Shown in pieces: positions 53,862-64,000 of a stretch of 64,000 bases of DNA. Where the stretch lies: assembly GCA_951406725.2 (NCBI GenBank), contig OX597821.1, positions 75,578,001-75,642,000 of the forward strand. Reading direction: 5' to 3'. Under the pieces are notes generated by a model. That model did not search any database. It saw only the letters and a list, made by a program, of their open reading frames with translations, and was not told where the DNA came from. This DNA comes from Octopus vulgaris (lineage: Eukaryota). A program made the translations under genes and the position numbers. Position 1 is the stretch's first letter. Each line of letters starts with the position of its first letter.

Positions 53862-54055
53862 GTTGAACCGTTGGCGATTTTTTTTCCTCTGCCTTCCCTT
53901 CTCTGGATCTTTCCTTCTCCTATGTTTCCGACGAAGAGTTAAACCCTCCCTCTTTCCTTCTTTCCTGAGCGTCCAATAATACTATATTTGTTCCACATTG
54001 TTGTGTTCCTCGCGTTGTTGTGTTTTTTTCTGTTTTCTTGTTTGGATTAACTATA
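53860..54055 (+). mobile_element. (TA)n-embedded repeat with half-deleted hammerhead-like motif
   Basis: gttt-CCGACGA-agag-tt-aaac at 53924-53944. It shares ttgaacc and gagcgtc..taatac with 59582-59760, which retains a full motif. Confidence 0.5.
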
Positions 54056-55061
54056 TATATATATATATACACTTAAGTTTTCTAAAGCTGTGTCGAGGTT
54101 CTGTCTTTTCATGTTTAAACTTCACTGAACGTGTGTAATGTTTACCCACCCAAGAGGTATATAGTAGTTCCGTTAAGAAACGGAGCGCGGTATTAGAATT
54201 TTCGACCAGAGTCTAATATAACAAACTACTCCAATTCATTCTGTGTCCGCAAAAGTGATGTGAAGACCGGCTACTTTGGACTAGCATCTAGTCGTATTAG
54301 TTGGGATAATAAAGTCAAACCAAACAGTGATATTTGAAATCATTTAATATGCATGTTTCGAGTTTTTGTTATATATGATATGAAATGCATCCATTACATA
54401 AATCTTCTTAAGTTAACATTTCATAACTGTAATTTAGAAATTTTGATAATTTCATCTCCAACCACTTTCATTATCCCCAATTTCAGTAACTGTAGCGGTT
54501 TTCGCTTTTTTTCTGTTAGATTTCTATATTTGAAACATTAACGTCACTAAATAGTCAATCTCGAAAGCTCATTTTTGAAACTGTTTATGCAGAAACAAAT
54601 TTGAAACTATGGAGCATATGAAACTCCCCAAGAAAAAAAACAAAAAAACACTGCACCCCCGAAACTCATCTCTGCAAAAACTCCATTAGAAATACGCATT
54701 TATCAACCATTTATGCGATAGCAATTCTGAACCGGTACAAAACAGTATTTGTGCCAATGTCTCAAAAATGTAAAAAAGCAACATAGCAATTGCGAATTGG
54801 TTTGATATTTTTCTGTTAAAAGCTGCAAATATCTCAGGTAAGACATTTATCAATTGCTTCATGGGTTCTTTGGATTGTACACGCTATATTCTACTATTAA
54901 TGAAATATCAGTTTTGACGACACGGGTATACTAGAATACATGATCACAAGCGTTATATGTGTGCGTTTTCATGTGGATGTGCATGTATGTATATATAGCA
55001 CATGTATCTATTTATACACACACACAATCTCTCACACATATAAATACATTCAAAGTTTAGC

Positions 55062-55120
<59 letters not shown>

Positions 55121-55789
55121 AATGTGTATATATCTATATATATATATTAATAGACTTTTATATACGTAAAAAATATTCGTACGCACAAGCATATACAGTT
55201 TTGCGTGCATATAGGCATGAGTATATACCTACATACATACATAACACGTACATGGAGACAACGTGTGTAAATTAGAACATTGATCTATCACCGAAACTCT
55301 ATTTTATAGCACTTTCTATAACATCATGTTACCTGCATCAAGCTGTAGAACATAATTCGTATTTTTCTTCTTGTATTTCCGGCAAAAAGAAATTGATATT
55401 CTATAATATATTTAGTTATTACTTTCATTATATTTTAACCATTTCTGCATTCGACTTCTATGAAGATGGACGCCAATTGATTTTGGTTGATTACGTCATT
55501 TCTTGCCTTTTTCACATATTCAATTAAGATTTCTCTGCTAAGTTCAGAAGTAATTCGCAAGCACCAATATGGTAATTTATGTTAATGTATGGAAATTAAA
55601 TCACAGAAGACTTCTGGATAAAATTATTTATGGATTTAAGTAAGTGAATAGCTAATGCGAGCAAAATTGCATTTGCTTAATTTTTTTCTTAATAAATTCC
55701 AGTGAAGGTATTCATACATACTATTTTGAAGCGTTCTTAACTCTTTATTCAATTCCCCTTCTTGTGTTGTTTTAAAGCTATTTCGTTTG

Positions 55790-56076
55790 TGTAAGTATAT
55801 ATATATATATATATATATATACACGTATACATGCATATGCACATATATATATCTATATATCTATATACGTATATAAACATCTATATATATATATATACAT
55901 ATGCACACATATATGTATATACACATTTATTTATAACGTATATATGTATATATCTATATATGTATATGTATATATATATGTATACACAAATATATATATA
56001 TATATATATGCATATATATACATATACGTCAATATATACATCTGTGTATATTTACATACATGTATGAATATATGTG

Positions 56077-56110
<34 letters not shown>
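55790..56110. repeat. (TA)n-rich field
   Basis: Read directly. Confidence 0.95.
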
Positions 56111-56113
<3 letters not shown>

Positions 56114-56715
56114 GTGTGGGGGGAGAGCTGTGTCATGTTATATAGCTGTGTCTTTACTTATATTCAGATGTTTTAAGCGATATTGTATAGTTTCGCTATA
56201 TCATATATTTCGCTATGAAAAGACAACACTTAATGTTTGTGCGAGATAAATAGACATGTATGAGTGAGTTATACAACTTGTTAGATGTTGAAATTCGTGT
56301 GTATCTGTGTATCTGCGTGTGCTTACGTATTTTGTAGTGTATAGATTTACATACGTTCGTATGTATATATATATATATATATATACATATACATAAATGA
56401 GTGTGCTTGTGTATGCGTGTCTGTTAATGTGTGTGAGAGCGCTTGGATTGATGAATATAAAGCATGCATATATATATATATATATATATAACGGGAAGCT
56501 TTATGAAAATAAACAAAAGACGAAGGCAGGTTTATATATATATATATACATACATACACCATATTATCTAATACATACGAAGATGTGTTTATTTTATACA
56601 GCGTAATACAAAATTCTTTTCGCTAGCTGCTGCAATCATTACAACGTGGAATTTTATGAAATAATATATTGAGAAAATATTCCTCGAAGACTACAGTTCC
56701 ATGGGAAATAATTAC

Positions 56716-56885
56716 CGCAACTGAATCCGAAGCGTCATTAATTCCATTCTTCTTTCGAAATCTACGTCGAGCATCATCGAGTTTACTACGCATTGGATTA
56801 AATAGTTCTCTCTTATTCCGAAGATGTTTTTTAATGGGGTTTCGTAAATGTTTTTCATAGAGCTTGGCACGACGTTCACTCTTAC
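56716..56885 (-). CDS. Candidate internal coding exon, unknown basic protein
   Basis: Minus strand reads catcttttgacagataaacAG|gt aag agt...tca gtt gcg|GTAATT. The 170-nt open frame gives KSERRAKLYEKHLRNPIKKHLRNKRELFNPMRSKLDDARRRFRKKNGINDASDSVA. No recognisable homology. Confidence 0.35.
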
Positions 56886-57162
56886 CTGTTTATCTGTCAA
56901 AAGATGACTTCAAAAAATGTCACAAGGGTTCACATCAATGAAATCCCGATCCGCTGGTTGTGCATTGCCACAGGGACACGGAATGCATGCATTGACCTGT
57001 GAAGTTCTGACGAGTCACTCTTTAGAGAAGAAATATATCACAGCTCCTTGAAATTTGATAAGAAACCCCAGCTTGGTACTCGAAATTATTCTAACATCGC
57101 CTGACGTTTTTGTTCCTGATTGTTTTACTGTAAAAGTGCATTTTCCCTCCTTCCATACGCTT

Positions 57163-57500
57163 TTCTTCTTCTTCTTCTTCTTCTTCTTCTTCTTCTTCTT
57201 CTTCTTCTTCTTCTTCTTCTTCTTCTTCTTCTTCTTCTTCTCAGTCTTCTCTTTCTTTTCTTCTTCTTCTTCTTCTTCTTCTTCTTCTTCTTCTTCTTCT
57301 ACTACTACTACTACTACTACTTCCTTTTCCTCTTCTTTTTCTTCCCCTTCCTCTCCTTTTTCTTTTCTTCTTCATCTTTTTCTCCTCTTCCCGCCCCATA
57401 CCCTCCCACCTTCTCCCCTCCTCCCCTCCACCACTTCTTTTCTTCCTCCTACTCGTCCTCCTCCTCCTCTTCTCCGTTCCTCTTCTTTTCCTTCCTGCAA
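57163..57500. repeat. (TTC)n/(CTA)n and polypyrimidine tract
   Basis: Read directly. Confidence 0.95.
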
Positions 57501-57949
57501 TTATGTGGCTGGCACTGTATCTTCTGATAGCATGTTTCGTGCACTAAACTCTTCCCTTCTTTCATCCTTCTAGCTTGCATTTCACTTGCTGCATCCAATC
57601 GCCTGCCCACGCACACATTCTCACTTAGTTTCATATTTCAGTCATTTTATTTAGAATTTCCTTTATGTTTCTTCCTCGTAACTGATTATTTTCCTCAGAA
57701 AATCAGTGCTATACGTATGTTTCATAATAAATTCTAAACTGTAAAATCTTTCACCAATTAAACTTCATTAAAACTACCAACTACTTCTAAAATTGTAGAT
57801 GGCACTAAAAATATGATGGGATGCAATTTCTTTTCATTCTGGTAAGAAAATAACCCTACAATGGCAATCCAGTCGAAACTTAGTATCTCTCACGGCATTG
57901 GCGTCCGTATCTATGATCACTGTAGTGGTTACCATGTATAAGGAAGTTT

Positions 57950-58042
<93 letters not shown>

Positions 58043-58115
58043 AATTCGACCCTTTTTTCATAACAATATAATGCTTTCTCTCCAAGAATTTGAACTGCAG
58101 TTTTTACCTCTGTAG

Positions 58116-58237
58116 AAATGGAATGCTCTATGACTCACGTGGGCGGACAGGGAGAATACTAGATCTCATTCGTATTTTTGGATTCGCTAGTACTGGGTGT
58201 CTGGCATGGTTTGTCCGATGTTACAGATATCGGACGG
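58116..58237 (+). CDS. Candidate exon, unknown product
   Basis: tttttacctctgtAG|...cggacgg|GTATGT. One open frame: [40 protein letters not shown]. Based on splice signals only. Confidence 0.2.
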
Positions 58238-58967
58238 GTATGTTTGATTCTTAGTATTTTCAAATCTAAATCAGAAGAAATCTCTGAGCTGATGAAGGAA
58301 AAGTGGCGTTTTACCCACAAATCCAGAAACAGACCGTGGGAACCGGGTGAACAACTTTGTAAAACATTATTTGATAAAAATTGGTACAGCAGAGAAACTC
58401 ATCACGAAAATAATTTTTCTCTTTGATGTCCAAACATTCAACGTTTCAATAAATGTTTTCCAAATCAAAATAATGTATAAAGTGTTCGTTTTGACTGTAT
58501 TTGGGGGATTCGGGAAAATTCTGTACGTTTTGATCAGATTCTGTACGTTTTGAAAAATAATTCTCCACGTTTTGAAGAAAAAACCTTAGTCAGAACTGAT
58601 TACAACTTGGTCATTAACACAATTTAGTGGTCAGCTCAATATACTTTTTAAATGGTTTTGCTTTCGATTTTAGATCAATAGTGATAGCACCATTTTACCT
58701 TTTCCTTCTTGAGATATACTTATCTGTATAGATATTGATATCTCGTCCAAGATATATCTATCTCTCGTAATAAATCTTACTCAATATGTAGCAGTTGGGT
58801 GACTTTTCGCCATTTCGCGAAATTTATCGATATTTCTTTCCGGTTTCCTATTCTAAGTAAATATCATGGTAGCTGGTATCGAACCCTGCGTTTTTACTAG
58901 AAATACTCCTTTCCAGAAATGTCCTACTGGACACAGGCAACTTGAACTAATATTGTAATGCCCTAGA

Positions 58968-59180
58968 TCGGTGAGCTGGCAGAATCGTTAGCACGACAGG
59001 CAAATTGCTTAGCGGCATTTTGTGCCTCTTTACGTTCTGAGTTCAAATGCTGTCGGAGTTGACTTTGTCTTTCACCATCTCGGAGTCGATAAAATAAGTA
59101 CCGGTTGAGAACTAGGGTCGATGTAATCGACTTAGCTCTTCCTACGAATTTGCTGGCCTTCAGCCAAAATTTGAAACACA
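58968..59180 (+). mobile_element. SINE family A
   Basis: ggtgagctggcagaatcgttagcacg...gttctgagttcaaatgc...caaaatttgaaac. Confidence 0.85.
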
Positions 59181-59510
59181 CATTAGAAGAGATTGCTTGT
59201 TATATCTCATTCTTGTCTTGGATATGAATACCATTTGTACGTTTTGGATGCTGACGATCTAGATGCATCAATGAATTGATATCGAGGATATTTTTGTGTT
59301 ACATATCTCGGCATCATCTCTCAGGCTTTTAGGCTGTCTCGCGAGATTTGTTACGTTATCAATGTATAAATATGTGTGTGTGTGTTTGTTTGTTTGTGTG
59401 TTTGTGTGTTGGTGTGTATTTCTGTGTGAACGTGTGTATGTGTGTAAACATATATATATATGTATATGTATTTACACATGCTGATAAATCCATATATACA
59501 CGCACCACCA

Positions 59511-59542
<32 letters not shown>

Positions 59543-59644
59543 CTCTGTGTGTGTACGTGCATATATATATATGTGCATCGCCATGTTGAACCACTGACTT
59601 CAACACGTTTTCCTTTTTCATTCTCTCTCTATTTCCCAATATTC

Positions 59645-59680
59645 CTTTCTGTCGAAGACCGTAGGCTCGAAACGTAAAAG
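59645..59680 (+). ncRNA. Hammerhead-like motif with CUGUCGA variant core
   Basis: cttt-CTGTCGA-agaccgtaggctc-GAAA-CGTA-aaag. Stem I cttt/aaag, palindromic ACGT, GUA site. Lies in a repeat at ~59582-59760. Confidence 0.55.
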
Positions 59681-59776
59681 ACTTTTCCATTGTTCCCGAG
59701 CGTCAAACTAATACACGTGATTGTTGATCCTACACCTGTCCTCGTCTTTGTTTTTCTATAACAAAATCGGTATTTC

Positions 59777-60175
59777 TTAACAAAGTTTCGACCTCATAAG
59801 AGCATTAAGCGTAGATGTTTTCAAGCAATTTCGATTTTTAGTTTTGATATTGTGGAAAGCCCAGAAAATTCTTTGTGACGATGCAGAGGCGTGTGGTAAA
59901 GAAAGAAGACCGAGCATAAAGAATGACAGCAGTGGATGGCGGTACTCATCACCACATTTCGAATTTTTTCTGGCTCGTTATACGGGATGAAAGAACAACC
60001 TTGAACCACCAAGTGGTGCCATTCCTGAATAATTTCTTCGAAAACGTTTTCATCACAAAGACTTGGGAATCGCATGATAAGTGGTATAATTGACCTTGGC
60101 CTTCCTTCAGTTACGTTCGTAGGGTCCAACGGATCTTATAATCCGAAATTGTTCTGCATATCGCGAGACAAAAAC
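59777..60175 (-). pseudogene. hAT transposase C-terminal (dimerisation domain) remnant
   Basis: RFPSLCDENVFEEIIQEW, then (frameshifted) LLSFFMLGLLSLPHASASSQRIFWAFHNIKTKNRNCLKTSTLNALMRSKLC*. Matches the hAT LSLPHS.A..ER.FS....KTK.RN.L motif. Confidence 0.8.
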
Positions 60176-60408
60176 TGCACGAGTATTTGATTTACAACTT
60201 GTAATAGTCTGGCGAAAATTATTATACATTGGAAAATAAGAAAACGTGTATTTAAGAATTTTGTTAGTCTTGGATCGTTAAACTGGCTAGGCTTAGATAT
60301 AATTGTTTCAACTGCAACACATAATTACAAACTCACTTGGTAGATAATTATAATACACGCGCATACACATTTTATTTAAATAAGGATGAAGAAAGAGAGA
60401 AAGAAAGT

Positions 60409-60447
<39 letters not shown>

Positions 60448-60496
60448 AATATATATTCGGACAGACAAATACATGAACATAGAGTTGTCTCCTAAG

Positions 60497-60499
60497 ATT

Positions 60500-60571
<72 letters not shown>

Positions 60572-60668
60572 CATCTAGCTATTTATCTATCTATCTATCT
60601 GTATATATATATATATAGATATATATATATATTTATCTATCTATCTGTATATATATATATATACATAC

Positions 60669-60716
<48 letters not shown>

Positions 60717-60786
60717 TTATCTATCTATCTGTATATATATATATATATATATATATACATACATACATACATACATACATACATAC

Positions 60787-60847
<61 letters not shown>

Positions 60848-60868
60848 CATATGCATACATACATATGC

Positions 60869-60940
<72 letters not shown>
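60497..60940. repeat. (CTAT)n/(TA)n/(CATA)n compound microsatellite
   Basis: Read directly. Confidence 0.95.
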
Positions 60941-60942
<2 letters not shown>

Positions 60943-61953
60943 GTCTTGTTGCCCCAACCCTCCGTAGTCTTAATGAAAGAATGTCATTAAACTCTGCAAT
61001 ATGGCTGTGTTAGACTGATAAGTATAAAAATCTACTCGCAGAGTATTAGCAGATAAACAACGATTCTGTTATGTAGCTTTATCTCGGTTCCCTTATTTTT
61101 TGGTGGCGTGTATTTTTTATACAAATATTTATGCAGCGTCATTGAAGTACAGCGAAAATATTCATGTCAACACATTGTTCAAATGAATATAATATATGAA
61201 GACTTCTATTATTAATTTAAAAAAAAAACATCTCATTATATATCTTTTGATATATACGATCAATTATAGGTTGGACCTCCTCTGGGAGGGAACTGAAAAG
61301 CGATTATTTTTCGATTATCATACTATATTTTTTGTTAATGATGTTGAATATTTTCACTAGTGATCTCAAATTCAGTGTTCGGGTGAAAGGTCATGAGCGA
61401 GTTAAATACAACAGTATTTCCCTATGTTGTATAAGCTTACGAATTACATTCCTTCTTTACCATTTAGATGTTTTACACATGAGCGATAATAAAACCTGTC
61501 AACTTCTGTTTCATGTTAAGGCAAAGAGTAAGGCTATATTGCCATAACTAGTTTAATATCGGACAACGATCTCTGTATATATAAACGCTTCGAACTTTTA
61601 CATTCTCAGTTCAATACTTCAAGAATCCCGTCATACCTTTCACCATACCAATGTAAATATAATAAATACCAAATGTTGAGAGCATTTCAATCGAGTAAAG
61701 ATGTTATTTCATTTAAACTTTGTTTCAGCAATCTCTTGTCAGTTTTATTTTACAATTCTATTAATTTTAAATTTCATTTCATTTCTATGCTAACCAGATA
61801 AGTAATCCGAATGAAGAGAAGTTATATCCACTTGTGATTGAAAACAAGTCCTTCATTGAATGAATACTTCAATTTGTTTCATGAGATAATAATATCCAAC
61901 ATTTCTCTGTGATAGAAATTGTAAATTGTAAATTTAACATTTTTAATTTTGAC

Positions 61954-62299
61954 AGTATGTTGCCAACTTAATGTGACAGTCCCATGAAAAGGAAGAATGC
62001 TACTGTTATTTAGCCATAGGAAACACCGTTTCCTCTTGGGCTTGACACGTTTCCTGTGTTCTTATGTTTTCAAAGTGGAGACAAGCACCTCCACCCAGGA
62101 AAGCCAGCATCCAGAGACTAGTTTCAGAGTCATTGCTCATCATCAGTTGCTGGGTGGATGTGCTTACACCCAACCCCCCTTGAAAACATAAGGACACAGG
62201 AAATGCGTCAAATCCTACAGGAAACAGTGTTTCCTAGGGCTAAATAACAGTGGCATTTTCCCCTTTCATGGCACTGTCACATTAAGTTGACAACGTACT
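61954..62299. mobile_element. MITE-like element, 120-bp inverted arms with 106-bp core
   Basis: 61954-62073 vs 62180-62299, e.g. caacttaatgtgacagt/actgtcacattaagttg and ctgttatttagcc/ggctaaataacag. Confidence 0.85.
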
Positions 62300-63073
62300 A
62301 TCCCTTTATCGTGGTGCTACTACATAAATCTCTCTGACAGATTTAGTAATGTATTATTTCAATCTTTAATTTTGTTCTGAACAGTAATACCTATAACCTT
62401 ATATGTAAATCAGCTTTAATGTATGAGCATTACCTTCGAGTGATAATAAAATTATCATTGCTCTTATACAATTTAACATTGCAAAAATTATTCACCAGTG
62501 AGTTTCTTGCAGAAATATAGTTTTATGTTTTAGGACAATGTTACAATTCCAGTCATTCCCCACTAAATACACAAATGAGTTCTGAAGCTATTTATTGATT
62601 TCTTTCGCGAGGAATGCAGGATGGCCTTAATGAGACTTGGAAACGGTTTACTCGTTCAAATGCATTCAGTGGGGATCTCCGCACACCGGACGCCAATACG
62701 TTTCAGGTGCCATCGGGGAAAAATTACGCACCGTTTCGGGGACTTCCTCCCGGCGGCTTTATAGGACACTGGTCCCCAACAATGGCGAGCGCATCCGCCT
62801 AATGGATCGACTGACTTATTCGATTTTAAGCCCATTTTAGGTTCAGCACCATCATTTAAGTTTCGAACCAACGACAAGTTTCAAAATTGCATTCTTGAAT
62901 AACAAATTCAATTCCAAAATCTCACTTACAGTATCCAAATTTATATACATACAACCATGCATATTTCTAGAAACACACACAAACGTACATAGAGTTTCTC
63001 CTTTTCTCTCTTCCGTTCCTCTACGTGCACACACACATACACGAGTCTCGTCAACTGCTTTAAATGTGCTTCG

Positions 63074-63104
63074 CTGATGAGGTCTACAAAGATCAAAACA
63101 CGTC
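63074..63104 (+). ncRNA. Degenerate hammerhead-like motif
   Basis: CTGATGA-ggtct acaa agatc-AAAA-CAC-GTC. G12 is lost and stem I is poor. Confidence 0.35.
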
Positions 63105-63224
63105 CATTATTTTGATCCGCTGGCGTTAAAGAGTAGACTCGCTTCTTACAGTACCACGCTTGTGTTACATACCTTCGTAGTTTTCAGAAATTGTCAGCGA
63201 TATTTTTTTACTCTTTTTACTCTT

Positions 63225-63422
63225 TTTACTTGTTTCAGTCATTTGACTGCGGCCATGCTGGAGCACCGCCTTTAGTCGAGCAAATCGATCCCGGGACTTA
63301 TTCTATGTAAGCCCAGTACTTATTCTATCGGTCTCTTTGGCCGAACCGCTAAGTGACGGGGACGTAAACATACCAGCATCGGTTGTCAAGCAATGCTAGG
63401 GGGACAAACACAGACACACAAA

Positions 63423-63461
<39 letters not shown>

Positions 63462-63632
63462 CATATATACGACAGGCTTCTTTCAGTTTCCGTGTACGAA
63501 ATCCACTCACAAGGCATTGGTCGGCCCGGGGCTATAGCAGAAGACACTTGCCCAAGATGCCACGCAGTGGGACTGAACCCGGAACCATGTGGTTGGTTAG
63601 CAAGCTACTTACCACACAGCCACTCCTGTGCC
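63225..63632 (-). mobile_element. SINE family B, full length
   Basis: ttttacttgtttcagtcatttgactgcggccatgctggagcaccgcc...gtgggactgaacccggaaccatgtggttgg...cacagccactcctgtgcct. Confidence 0.9.
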
Positions 63633-63784
63633 TGTTGATATATACTTTTATTTACGTACTACATACGCCAGAAAGGAATTTTTTTTTACTAATAGCAGCG
63701 ACTTTGTGTGTGTGTGTATGTATGTATGTATGTATGTATGTATTTGGAATAAGGTGTTTTATGCATACGGATCGATAATATATA

Positions 63785-64000
63785 AATATAAATATTTCTT
63801 TACTACCCACAAATAGCTAAACACAGAGGGGACGAACAAGGAGAGACAAACAGATTAAGTCGATTATATCGACCCCAGTGCGTAACTGGTACTTAATTTA
63901 TCGACGCCGAAAGGATGAAAGACAAAGTCGACCTCGGCGGAATTTGAACTCAGAACGTAGCGACAGACGAAATACCGCTAAGCATTTAGCCCGGCGTGCT
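63785..64000 (-). mobile_element. SINE family A, head cut by the window edge
   Basis: ctacccac...gattaagtcgattatatcgaccccagtgcgtaactggtac...gcatttagcccggcgtgct. Confidence 0.9.

Noticed and set aside
62637-62840. Resemblance of WGSPHTGRQYVS...PNNGER to a retroviral-type integrase core
   Set aside because: The catalytic D/E spacing is not preserved and there is no flanking pol sequence.

Overview
This is AT-rich, microsatellite-dense animal genomic DNA. Its repeat content (tRNA-headed SINE families, (TA)n/(CA)n/(AAT)n tracts, R4-type LINE fragments) is most consistent with an octopod cephalopod; that is an inference from remembered repeat families, not a database search. No intact, identifiable protein-coding gene is visible, and most ORF-track entries are microsatellite translations or transposon debris. 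Supported content: (i) five decayed R4/Dong-type non-LTR retrotransposon segments (RT, CCHC and restriction-like endonuclease motifs), three ending in (AAT)n; (ii) a Penelope-type GIY-YIG endonuclease pseudogene; (iii) about ten minimal type I hammerhead-ribozyme-like motifs from several unrelated repeat families, often in inverted pairs; (iv) more than 30 SINE copies or fragments, two with 17-bp target-site duplications; (v) mariner, hAT and possibly Helitron remnants plus MITE-like foldbacks; (vi) a few splice-bounded candidate exons of unknown product. The most unusual observations are the hammerhead module placed directly behind the (AAT)n tail of two different R4 copies, and a ~555-bp (AAT)n-bounded non-coding unit with a fixed 5' end. 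Element boundaries were read by eye and are approximate unless exact motifs are quoted.
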